From positions 14,735 to 78,734 of the forward strand of contig JAQVVM010000014.1 of assembly GCA_028698995.1 (NCBI GenBank): 64,000 nt of DNA, read 5' to 3'. Origin of the DNA: Bacteroidales bacterium. Its GTDB lineage: Bacteria; Bacteroidota; Bacteroidia; Bacteroidales; PXBB01. Positions 9,169-18,225 of the stretch are shown here, in pieces (position 1 is the stretch's first letter; each line of letters starts with the position of its first letter). Under the pieces are notes generated by a model, which worked only from the letters and a program-made list of their open reading frames with translations, was not told the DNA's origin and searched no databases. The position numbers were made by a program, and so were the translations under genes.

Positions 9169-10059
9169 CTATTTCTTAAAAATAAAAATGCTTCCTCTTA
9201 AATTATATTTTGAAATGTCACCATTCAAAACAATACGGTTAAATTCATTAACGATAATATGGAATTTGTTTTTCTCAATTTCCGCCAAATGTTTACTGTT
9301 ATCCCAGCGGTTTAAAAAATAACTTCTTTGGCCAAAAATAAAAAACCAAAGGTATTTATTAATTTTGTAATGATAAGTAGGATGGGTTGTGACATTATGA
9401 GAATGGAATTCTATATCGTGAAATGAAAAGGCATCTGTCGAGAGATGTTTGTATATACTTCTGTAAATTTTCTCAGGGCACTTAACATGTTCTAAAACTG
9501 CCCTTGAAAAAATAAAATTTAAATTTAAGCTTTCACAATGATGCCAGTTTTTGACAATTTTGATCAGACTATCATCTGCAGTAGGATTAAGAATACTGTA
9601 TCTGATTTTTTCAACCAAGGATTTACTCAAATTATTTTTGGATAGGATTTTATCGGGGAAAGAATAATCACTGATATTAAAATTTAAAGTATTAAATTTT
9701 TTAATATCACTTTTCTCTTCAAATAAACCTAAAATTCTATTAAAAATCAAGATATTTTTATTTATATCAAAGTTATCCTCAATCTCTAAAGCATAAAATT
9801 TCTCAGCACCTGTTAATAAAGCACAAATACCTATACCAAAAGAACCACCGGTGCCAATCTCTCCAATTTGAGCATAGGAAAAATCAATTTTTTTATCATT
9901 AAACAATACTAACAAGCTTAACCAAAAAGAATAACAGAATTCAGCAGAACCGGAGCTATGCCTGATTTTTGGTTTCAATAATTTTTTAACCATTAAAACC
10001 CCGGGGATAAAAGTGAAAGCACCTTTAAAAATCGCTTTTACTAACTTTTTATCTATCAT
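9169..10059 (-). CDS. putative class I SAM-dependent methyltransferase-like protein
   Basis: A glycine-rich motif I candidate IGEIGTGGSFGIG is followed by YALEI, and later by FSRAVLEHV. It overlaps the upstream gene by 11 nt. The assignment is weak. Confidence 0.4.
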   Translation of the reverse strand: MIDKKLVKAIFKGAFTFIPGVLMVKKLLKPKIRHSSGSAEFCYSFWLSLLVLFNDKKIDFSYAQIGEIGTGGSFGIGICALLTGAEKFYALEIEDNFDINKNILIFNRILGLFEEKSDIKKFNTLNFNISDYSFPDKILSKNNLSKSLVEKIRYSILNPTADDSLIKIVKNWHHCESLNLNFIFSRAVLEHVKCPEKIYRSIYKHLSTDAFSFHDIEFHSHNVTTHPTYHYKINKYLWFFIFGQRSYFLNRWDNSKHLAEIEKNKFHIIVNEFNRIVLNGDISKYNLRGSIFIFKK

Positions 10060-11410
10060 TCAGTCTGATTTCAGGATTTCTAATAACAGTCCGTCTTTTA
10101 CCTGAGGGAGTGAGTTTGATTTGGTCCACAATATTCAACTTGACATCAACATCAGAGCCTATATAAGTTTTCCAGTATTCAGATAATTTCAGGTGAGTTT
10201 CTTCATTAAAGTTCTCATTAACAACCATATTTATCTGAATTTCATTAATTTCTGACTGAATAACCTGAATCTGGTCAACTTCTGTAATCCATTCAAAATA
10301 TGCTACAAAGTTCTCCACAACAAGATACTTACCTGAAGGTGTAATCAAAATATCGCTGTCTCTTCCTTTGATTTTTGAGATATTTTGAAAGTGTCTTCCA
10401 CATTTACAAGTCATATTTTCACCAAGCACAATATAATCTTGTGTATCATATCTGATAAATGGGGAGGCGTAGTTATGCAAATCCGTTGTAATAAGTCTTC
10501 GTGGATTATCCTTATCAGAAAGAGTAAAAGAATCTGAAATAAACTCAGAAATAGCATATTCTTCTGAAGGATGGTAATTACTGTGTGTCGGACATTCTGC
10601 AAAGACAGCACCACCCTCACAACTGTATGCATCATAAATATTGACTTTAAATACATCCTGAATTTCCTGTCTTATATCATTGTGTAATGTACTTCCTGTA
10701 GTATTTATTGCAATGAGATTTTTACCATTGTAATTCCGGTGGTGTTTTTTGATCAATTGGGAAAGATAATGGAGTGGAACAGGATAGCAACGAATAAATG
10801 AAGGATTATAATTTAAAATTTTATTTTCAATCTCGGTAAATTCTTCAGAAGTTAATTGTGTTGAAGATAAATAAAGGCAATTATTAAAATAATCTTGAAT
10901 TTTTTTCAACAAAGAAGACCTTTCATTCATACTGACTTTGACATATCTGTCTCCCAGTTTATACCCCATCCAATACCAAGCTCTTATAGCAGCTGCTTTT
11001 AACAAAGCCTCCGAATTTTTGGTCTTGTAAAACTGAAATGGTTCCCCTGTGGAGCCGCTTGAACTTCTGTATAAAATGTCTTTTTTCCTAATATTTAAAG
11101 CAAGATGTTTGTCTTTGTTCCTTTTAAGATCTTCTTTTGTCGTTATCGGGATTTTTTGCAAATCATCTTTTGTTACTATATCGTCTGGTTTAATATTATT
11201 TTTATCAAATAACTCGGTGTAATAGGGTACGTTTTTATAGGCATGCTGGATAAGTTTTCTAAGCATGATATTCTGATATTTGTCAATTTCATCTCTTGTC
11301 CAAAATTGACTTTTACCAAGAAAAGTAAGTTGTTTTTTTATGGGTTGCCCTGTAATAATATCCCCAATAGGCAACATTATATTACTTGCTATGAAACTTC
11401 TAAAATTCAT
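10049..11410 (-). CDS. CapK-like adenylate-forming enzyme (phenylacetate-CoA ligase / F390 synthetase family)
   Basis: ANL-superfamily P-loop SSGSTGEPFQF and a C-terminal catalytic-lysine region LTPSGKRR. The size and the capsule-locus context fit CapK-type proteins. Confidence 0.75.
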   Translation of the reverse strand: MNFRSFIASNIMLPIGDIITGQPIKKQLTFLGKSQFWTRDEIDKYQNIMLRKLIQHAYKNVPYYTELFDKNNIKPDDIVTKDDLQKIPITTKEDLKRNKDKHLALNIRKKDILYRSSSGSTGEPFQFYKTKNSEALLKAAAIRAWYWMGYKLGDRYVKVSMNERSSLLKKIQDYFNNCLYLSSTQLTSEEFTEIENKILNYNPSFIRCYPVPLHYLSQLIKKHHRNYNGKNLIAINTTGSTLHNDIRQEIQDVFKVNIYDAYSCEGGAVFAECPTHSNYHPSEEYAISEFISDSFTLSDKDNPRRLITTDLHNYASPFIRYDTQDYIVLGENMTCKCGRHFQNISKIKGRDSDILITPSGKYLVVENFVAYFEWITEVDQIQVIQSEINEIQINMVVNENFNEETHLKLSEYWKTYIGSDVDVKLNIVDQIKLTPSGKRRTVIRNPEIRLNDR

Positions 11411-12257
11411 TCTTATTTTTTAATATTCGTTCTAGTCCGGTTCTTATATCAAATACGGGTGTCCATTCAAGCAAAAGTCTTGATTTAGTTATATTTGCAA
11501 CAGTATCCATTACTTCGCCTTGCCTATATTCTTTTGAGAAGTTCAAAGATGGTTTATGTGCAGTGAGTGATAAAATTATGTTAACAACATCATTAATTGA
11601 ACTAGAAATGCCAGATCCAAGATTAAAAACCTGAAAATCGTTTTTAGAATATTCAACCGCCTTAATAACAGCACTTACAACATCATCTATAAATATAAAA
11701 TCTCTCTTTGGTCTGGGATCTTTTAAATTAATTTCTTTATTTTCTAATTGACTAATGATACTGGGAATTAAGAAGGACAGCCCCTGTCCTTCCCCATAAA
11801 TGTTGAAGGGTCTGAAAATAATTACAGGCACATTGAAATCACGGAAATACCCTTCACAAAGGTCTTCACATATGAGTTTACTTTGGGCGTATGGATTGTG
11901 TGGGGCAAGAGGATGTTTTTCATCAATAGGCAAGTATATTGGGGTTCCATATAAATAAGAACTAAAGAAAATGACTTTAGCATTGTACTTTCTAGCCAAC
12001 TCTAAAACATTTAGTGTGGATAAAAAGTTATTATAAAAGAAGGCTTCTGGATAAATAAATGAATCCGGTACAAAAGACCTGGCAGCAAGATGAATAATAA
12101 TATCAAAATGTTGTATTTTATCCAAATCTTCTTTCTTTGTTATATCAATACCCTTTGTTAAATCAATTTCGACTATTTTATAATGCAGTCGTTTGAAATG
12201 ATTCAGCAAATGTTTTCCAATAAATCCGGAGCTACCGGTAATGGCTATCGTTTTCAT
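11400..12257 (-). CDS. NAD-dependent epimerase/reductase (extended SDR)
   Basis: Rossmann motif ITGSSGFIGKHL and catalytic YAQSK (YxxxK). It overlaps the downstream gene by 11 nt. Confidence 0.75.
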   Translation of the reverse strand: MKTIAITGSSGFIGKHLLNHFKRLHYKIVEIDLTKGIDITKKEDLDKIQHFDIIIHLAARSFVPDSFIYPEAFFYNNFLSTLNVLELARKYNAKVIFFSSYLYGTPIYLPIDEKHPLAPHNPYAQSKLICEDLCEGYFRDFNVPVIIFRPFNIYGEGQGLSFLIPSIISQLENKEINLKDPRPKRDFIFIDDVVSAVIKAVEYSKNDFQVFNLGSGISSSINDVVNIILSLTAHKPSLNFSKEYRQGEVMDTVANITKSRLLLEWTPVFDIRTGLERILKNKNEF

Positions 12258-12360
12258 CAGTAAATAATCTGTTTATAATTTGTCAGATGCCTGTCTGCAA
12301 GACAGATAGGGAATGTTCATGTTTAAAAAAAACATTAATACACAAAAGTGAATGGACATT

Positions 12361-13062
12361 TCACATAAAAGATTTCTCATCAAATTCGTTTATTGCCTTA
12401 TTATAATCATCGGGGCGCCCTATATCTAACCAAAACCCATTATACTCATAGATAAATGGATATGTCTTCTTGTTTATCATTTGGTTCATTAAATGATCGA
12501 AGCCATAAAATGTATCCCTAGGGATTAGGTTAACAATATCTTTATTGACCATATAAATACCCATACTGACAAGAAACTCAAAAGAAGGTTTCTCATCAAA
12601 TTTTATCAATCTGTTGGAATTGTCTTTATTAAGCACACCATAATCAATTCTGTCATGTCTTTTGAATGAGGCAATTGTAAAATTATTCTGAGCTTTGACA
12701 TGGTGTTCAAAGAAATCAGAATAATTAATATCTGTCAATACATCACCATTCATTACTAAAAAATTATCGGGCAAGTCTGGAATGAGCGTCAAAGGCCCCA
12801 TGGTGCTCAAGGGTTTTGATTCGAGTGTATAATCTATCTTAATGCCCCATTTCGATCCATCACCAAAGAAAGCTTTAATAATATCAGCAAAATGATTAAC
12901 CGTTATTGTAATATGTCCGAAGCCATGTTTAAGAAGTTGCCTGATAATAATTTCGAGTATAGGCATCTCTCCAATAGGGACAAGTGGTTTAGGTAAAGAA
13001 ATAGTATAAGGTTTCAATCTGGTTCCTTTGCCACCAGCAAGAATAACAGCTCTTTTACACAT
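12361..13062 (-). CDS. sugar-1-phosphate nucleotidyltransferase
   Basis: AVILAGGKGTRLKPYT...PKPLVPIG signature of NTP_transferase enzymes. The size (about 230 aa) matches HddC/RmlA-short-type enzymes. Confidence 0.8.
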   Translation of the reverse strand: MCKRAVILAGGKGTRLKPYTISLPKPLVPIGEMPILEIIIRQLLKHGFGHITITVNHFADIIKAFFGDGSKWGIKIDYTLESKPLSTMGPLTLIPDLPDNFLVMNGDVLTDINYSDFFEHHVKAQNNFTIASFKRHDRIDYGVLNKDNSNRLIKFDEKPSFEFLVSMGIYMVNKDIVNLIPRDTFYGFDHLMNQMINKKTYPFIYEYNGFWLDIGRPDDYNKAINEFDEKSFM

Positions 13063-14029
13063 TGTATATATCAGTTTTGTAATATTTAATATTTTGTTTC
13101 AACCATTCAATTGTGAGTGACAAACCGGTTCTGATATCGAATTTTGGCTTCCAAGGTGAGGATGATATTAATTTTGAATTGTCACAATAAAGTCTTTCAA
13201 CCTCGCTTTTTTCGGGGCGGACTCTTTCAACATCAGAAACAACACTTACATTGGTATTAAGTAATTCAATAATCAAGCTGACCAAATCGCCAACAGAAAT
13301 CTCTGAATTATTTCCAATATTAACAATTTCTCCATTGAACTTATCAACTTTTGCAATTTCCATAAAACCTGACACTGTATCCTTAACATAATTCAAATCA
13401 CGCGTAGGTGTAAGATTCCCTAATTTAATTTCTTTTGTACCACTAAGGATTTGAGTTATGATGGTTGGAATGATTGCCCTTGCTGATTGTCTAGGACCAT
13501 ACGTATTGAATGGTCTGACAATTTTTACAGGTAATCCGAATGATCTGAAATAACTTATAGCCAATTGATCTGCTCCGATTTTGGATGCACTATAAGGCGA
13601 CTGTCCTACCATTGGATGCAACTCGTCAATCGGAACATATTGAGCAGAACCATAGGTTTCACTTGTTGAAGTTACAAGAACATTGGGCACATTATAGATT
13701 CTGGCTGACTCCAAAATATTGAAAGTACCTTCAACATTAGTCTTAATATAAGCCATCGGTGATATATAAGAGTAGGGAATTCCAATTAAAGCTGCGAGAT
13801 GAAAAACAGTATCACAATCTTTCATGGCTTTACTAACTGAATCAAAATCTCTTATGTCACCTTGTATAATGTGAATATCGTTTTTAAAAGAGGAATCCTC
13901 CAACCATCCCCATGAATTTCTGGAGTTGTAATGAACAAATGCAGTAACATCGAGATTACACGACACACATTCTTCTACTAAATGAGAGCCAATAAAGCCA
14001 CCTGCTCCTGTAATTAAAACCTTTTTCAT
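13055..14029 (-). CDS. NDP-sugar 4,6-dehydratase-like extended SDR
   Basis: LITGAGGFIGSHL, HYNSRNSWGWLE, STSETYG and YSASK resemble LegB/Gmd-like NDP-hexose 4,6-dehydratases. It overlaps the nucleotidyltransferase gene by 8 nt. Confidence 0.7.
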   Translation of the reverse strand: MKKVLITGAGGFIGSHLVEECVSCNLDVTAFVHYNSRNSWGWLEDSSFKNDIHIIQGDIRDFDSVSKAMKDCDTVFHLAALIGIPYSYISPMAYIKTNVEGTFNILESARIYNVPNVLVTSTSETYGSAQYVPIDELHPMVGQSPYSASKIGADQLAISYFRSFGLPVKIVRPFNTYGPRQSARAIIPTIITQILSGTKEIKLGNLTPTRDLNYVKDTVSGFMEIAKVDKFNGEIVNIGNNSEISVGDLVSLIIELLNTNVSVVSDVERVRPEKSEVERLYCDNSKLISSSPWKPKFDIRTGLSLTIEWLKQNIKYYKTDIYNV

Positions 14030-15090
14030 TTTTTATCTATTTTGTTTATTATTTCTAACCAAACCTTTGATGCATTTTCTTTTGAAAACAGTTTTCTAAC
14101 CTTTATGTTTAATTCATTAGAAAATTTGTGATACAATTCATGATCATTTAACAACAAATGAATCTTTTCACAATAAGCATCAATATCTTTATAATCATTA
14201 ATTAAAAACCCATTAACATTATTGTCAATGACATCCGAAATATCACCAACATTTGATGCGATTACAGGGACACCACATGCAGCAGCTTGCACAATGGTTC
14301 TGGGAAATCCCTCTGTTTCGGAAGTAAGTATAAATATTCTGCCTTTATTGAAAAACAGATTCATCTCCTCATCAGGAACATAACCCAACAGTTCAATATT
14401 TTCCGTTAAATCATTTTCTTTAATAAGTTGCTTTATAGTCTCAAGCTGATCTCCTTTCCCTGCTATTGCTGCTCTTACACTTGAATTTGACAATTTGATT
14501 TTTTTTATAATGGCGACAATAATCTCAACATGTTTTTCCTCACTTATTCTACCTAAGCTTACAATATCATATTCTTTTCTGATGTTTAAAACCTCAAAAA
14601 AAGAAAAGTCAAGTGTATTGGGCAAAATGAATATTTTATCAGGTTCAATATTTTTACTGATTAAAAAGTTTTTTGAATTTGAACCGGTTACAGTTGCAAA
14701 TGTACATTTTTTCAATATCCATAATATGAGTTTGAGCCTCAAACCCTTTCTTAATTTAGCATAAGCAGGATTACCTATAATGGAAACAACACTGGGTTTT
14801 TTGAGTAATAATCCTGCAATAACAGCAAGTAATCCATGGGGTATTTCATAAATACCAATTATTATTTTGGGATTCAATTTCTTACGTGAAAGAACTTGAA
14901 GTAAGCGAGAAATAACTTTTAATGCTTTAAACTTATTTGTTATTGGGAGAATAAACTCTGACTTTTCTGATTCAATAGTTTTATCATCTCTGAACACATA
15001 AATTTTTTTAATTTCACTCAAACTCTGAATCTGATCAATAAAATAATAGGAATCTAGATATCCACATTTAAGTATTAAAAAAACATTCAT
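14026..15090 (-). CDS. GT4-family (GT-B) glycosyltransferase
   Basis: C-terminal EX7E-type region SETEGFPRTIVQAAACGVPVIASNVGDISDVI. There is a 4-nt overlap with the downstream gene. Confidence 0.75.
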   Translation of the reverse strand: MNVFLILKCGYLDSYYFIDQIQSLSEIKKIYVFRDDKTIESEKSEFILPITNKFKALKVISRLLQVLSRKKLNPKIIIGIYEIPHGLLAVIAGLLLKKPSVVSIIGNPAYAKLRKGLRLKLILWILKKCTFATVTGSNSKNFLISKNIEPDKIFILPNTLDFSFFEVLNIRKEYDIVSLGRISEEKHVEIIVAIIKKIKLSNSSVRAAIAGKGDQLETIKQLIKENDLTENIELLGYVPDEEMNLFFNKGRIFILTSETEGFPRTIVQAAACGVPVIASNVGDISDVIDNNVNGFLINDYKDIDAYCEKIHLLLNDHELYHKFSNELNIKVRKLFSKENASKVWLEIINKIDKK

Positions 15091-15126
15091 TTTAAAAGCT
15101 ATTCAAATTAAATTAAAACCCAATTT

Positions 15127-16419
15127 TTATTTAAGCGGAAGATTCTGTTTGACTTTTACTTTTTCATTTCTCAAATAACCTAAGCACAAGCCCAAAACAG
15201 TCAGGCTTATTCCCCTGTGAGTAATTCCATACATTTGACCACTAAATGAAGTCAGAAGAATGGCAATAAAGAAACTGATAAAAGTGCTTTTAATTAATAA
15301 AGTATAATTGTTGTTAAGATTCTTGTTTGAATTTGGAGGTTTAACTTTCAAATATTCGATAAACATTACAATAAATATTAATAAATAAAGGGTTAAACCT
15401 AAGAGGCCTGACCCATTTAAAATATTCATATAATCAACATGAATTTGCCTGTTCCCATAGAAACCACCAGCATAATTTCCAACAGAGTTCCATATCTCTT
15501 TTCCAAAAAATGAATATTTAATATCCTCAAATGTAAATACCTCATCAGTGATATAAACTGTTTCAATAAAACGACCTTCATTTAAATAAGCATCTTCTTC
15601 AAATCTGTCTGACCGTAACTCAAATCGTGATTCAAGCATAGGGTAGAAGAATGGGAATAAGATAAAAAGAGCCAGTAAAACAAAAAAGGCAATCCCAATG
15701 GCTCTACCAATATATTTTCTGGCAAAAAATATATGAATAAGGTAACCGATAATCAAAATAATAATTGTTGTGCGCCTAAGTGAGAGAAGCAAAATGACAA
15801 AGGCAATAATCCCAAAAAAAATTACTATTTTCTTCTTAAATGGACTGACATGGCTTACAATTAAAGGCAAAAATAAAAGGACATATGAAATTGTAAACAA
15901 GGATGATCCTGCTATTCCACCCGTTGAGAAATCTGATTCCTCCCCTTCTTTAACATATTGGGCAGGAGTCAGTTTAAAAACAGAATTTACAATAGTGTAT
16001 AATACAAATAATACTAAAATGAAAACTATTGAATTGACCAACTTCGGCCATTCAATATTTACTGAACCAATTTTAAAAGCAGCAAGGAATAAGAATAGAG
16101 TTAAATTGACTTTTAAAAAAATATTAAAACTATAACCTATGTCCGATGAGAATGGAAGTAGGATTAACTGATAAACAACCCAAAGATAAATGAAAGCAGA
16201 TACATTTGAAATAGATTTGTGTTTAAAAAAAAATTTAAACAAAAATGCAAAATTTATCAAAACTCTAACCGTTGATAATAATGGGCTCTCTGAATAAAAA
16301 GGGCTCAATGCATCAATAATAAAATTGGCAGGAAGTAAATAATAAATAAAACTTTCTTTCTTTTTAATTAAAAGAAACAGTGCTCCGACTAAAAAGAATA
16401 TCAGAAAAAGGTTACTCAT
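15127..16419 (-). CDS. Wzy-like O-antigen/capsule polymerase (polytopic membrane protein)
   Basis: About 10-12 hydrophobic segments with one large loop (EDAYLNEGRFIE...). The position next to Wzx and GT genes fits, but there is no sequence-specific motif. Confidence 0.5.
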   Translation of the reverse strand: MSNLFLIFFLVGALFLLIKKKESFIYYLLPANFIIDALSPFYSESPLLSTVRVLINFAFLFKFFFKHKSISNVSAFIYLWVVYQLILLPFSSDIGYSFNIFLKVNLTLFLFLAAFKIGSVNIEWPKLVNSIVFILVLFVLYTIVNSVFKLTPAQYVKEGEESDFSTGGIAGSSLFTISYVLLFLPLIVSHVSPFKKKIVIFFGIIAFVILLLSLRRTTIIILIIGYLIHIFFARKYIGRAIGIAFFVLLALFILFPFFYPMLESRFELRSDRFEEDAYLNEGRFIETVYITDEVFTFEDIKYSFFGKEIWNSVGNYAGGFYGNRQIHVDYMNILNGSGLLGLTLYLLIFIVMFIEYLKVKPPNSNKNLNNNYTLLIKSTFISFFIAILLTSFSGQMYGITHRGISLTVLGLCLGYLRNEKVKVKQNLPLK

Positions 16420-16455
16420 AAAATTAATTACTCAAATCGTTCTTAATCAAGCTTG

Positions 16456-17352
16456 TTAAATTCTTTTTTTAACTCTTTCGGCAGTGCTGTTCCAATGTGG
16501 CTTACTTACATTCCAGTCGGTGCCATAAATCATTGTAATATAATCCAGATAATCTTTGGGGCAAGACACGTATAATGGTCCAAATGCAATCTTTGTCAGG
16601 TTTTTATAATAATGAACAGGTATGGCTTGCATCTCATTGGTAAATCCAAAACTATCAACTTTGTTTTTTAAACACCTGAAAATTATGCTTCTTAAGCCCT
16701 TGGGAATAACACCTACTACTTTGAGGCCAAATCTTCCCATAACACCAATTTTGTTCAGATATCTTTTATCATTATCAAGCACTTTATTTTCGACAAGCAG
16801 TTGGAAAGATTCAGCGAAATTGTATTTGCCATGTTTAAATATAAATTCATTGGGAATTGATTCAAATTCTGTCATAAGCATTTTTACAATTCTGGCCATA
16901 TAATAAACCGGCTTGCTTGAATCATCATAAAACCTAAAAGACTTATATGTTCTGTAAATAAATTTGTTATAAAATGACTTTTTAAACCTGCTACAACTTA
17001 CAAAAGCGATGTCTTCCAAAACATGATAGGTATGAATGTCAATAGTATATGCGCCTATTTCAGATGTTTTATGGATTAACTTAACCCTATCTTTTGAAGA
17101 AAAATCAATTTTAAAGCCGAGTTCATTAAATTTGTTCAACAAGAACTCCTTGTTTTTTTCATAATCCGAATACCAGATGCCCATATCAAATTCTGAATCC
17201 CATGGTATGATCGTTTTATCGCGAACGGCACCTAAAAGAGTACCGTATTCAATCCAATAATCAATTCCGACACTATCAATGACATTTAAAACTTCAGATA
17301 ATTGATTAAACGCGATTGATTTATTTTTACTAATATCTACTTTATATTCCAT
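16456..17352 (-). CDS. LicD-family phosphotransferase
   Basis: YGTLLGAVRDKTIIPWDSEFDMGI matches the LicD LLGAxR...PWDDDxD motif. Confidence 0.75.
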   Translation of the reverse strand: MEYKVDISKNKSIAFNQLSEVLNVIDSVGIDYWIEYGTLLGAVRDKTIIPWDSEFDMGIWYSDYEKNKEFLLNKFNELGFKIDFSSKDRVKLIHKTSEIGAYTIDIHTYHVLEDIAFVSCSRFKKSFYNKFIYRTYKSFRFYDDSSKPVYYMARIVKMLMTEFESIPNEFIFKHGKYNFAESFQLLVENKVLDNDKRYLNKIGVMGRFGLKVVGVIPKGLRSIIFRCLKNKVDSFGFTNEMQAIPVHYYKNLTKIAFGPLYVSCPKDYLDYITMIYGTDWNVSKPHWNSTAERVKKRI

Positions 17353-17377
17353 AAATGTTTCAAATCAATAATAAATA

Positions 17378-17794
17378 TTATTTAATAATTTCATTCAGAA
17401 CCTTTCTGACAAGCGTACTTGATGTCGTTTTCGTATAAGGAAAGAAAATAACTTTAACACCAACTTTACTAAATTCAACTTCAAACTTATTCCACTTTTC
17501 TGTTCCTTTAAGGTCATCTCCAACAAAAATGACATCAAATTTATTTTTTTCCCATGAAACGAATCTATCAGTTGTATCTTGTTTCACCACTGAGTCTACA
17601 TATTTTATAGCTTCAACAATTTTGATGCGTTCCTCGAATGGAATTACAGGATATTTATTTTTTGCCTGAAAACAAACTTCATCTGTATTAACGCCTACTA
17701 TTAATTTATCACACTGAGAACGAGCATTAAGTATTATATTCAAATGCCCGATGTGAAACAAATCAAATGTACCAGGGAGATAACCTATTATCAT
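17378..17794 (-). CDS. small cytidylyltransferase (TagD / glycerol-3-phosphate cytidylyltransferase-like)
   Basis: GTFDLFHIGHLNIL (HxGH nucleotidyltransferase motif). The 138-aa size fits, and the C-terminal TSSTLVRK region is as in TagD-type enzymes. Confidence 0.8.
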   Translation of the reverse strand: MIIGYLPGTFDLFHIGHLNIILNARSQCDKLIVGVNTDEVCFQAKNKYPVIPFEERIKIVEAIKYVDSVVKQDTTDRFVSWEKNKFDVIFVGDDLKGTEKWNKFEVEFSKVGVKVIFFPYTKTTSSTLVRKVLNEIIK

Positions 17795-17800
17795 TTTAAT

Positions 17801-18223
17801 TTATTTTTTTATTAATTTATTTCTTATTTCAATAATTGTATTTGAGTCACTCTCTCCGGATGCTAGTACAGGAGGGCCTGGCCATCCATTATCAACAATC
17901 CGAATATTGTTAAACTCTCTAAAACCATTGTATCTAGGGATAATATGAAAGTGTACATGAAAATCGAACATCATGAGACATAAATAATTGATTCTTTCAT
18001 AATTACAGAAAGGTTTTAATATTTTTTCAACATATTTAAAGATTAAAGACAATTCTGTAGATTCCTCTTCTCTCAAGTCACTTAAAGAATCACTATGCCT
18101 TTTAAGGCTTAAAACCAACGCCCCCAATGTTACCTGTTGAGGTCTTACACTGAGTATCCAGTAATCAAACTCTTGAATCTTTAAATTACTAATATTAAAC
18201 TTTTCCAAAAATGCTTCATTCAT
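17801..18223 (-). CDS. HIT-family protein
   Basis: Histidine triad FHVHFHIIPR (HxHxHxx) in a 140-aa protein. Confidence 0.65.
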   Translation of the reverse strand: MNEAFLEKFNISNLKIQEFDYWILSVRPQQVTLGALVLSLKRHSDSLSDLREEESTELSLIFKYVEKILKPFCNYERINYLCLMMFDFHVHFHIIPRYNGFREFNNIRIVDNGWPGPPVLASGESDSNTIIEIRNKLIKK

Positions 18224-18225
18224 AT

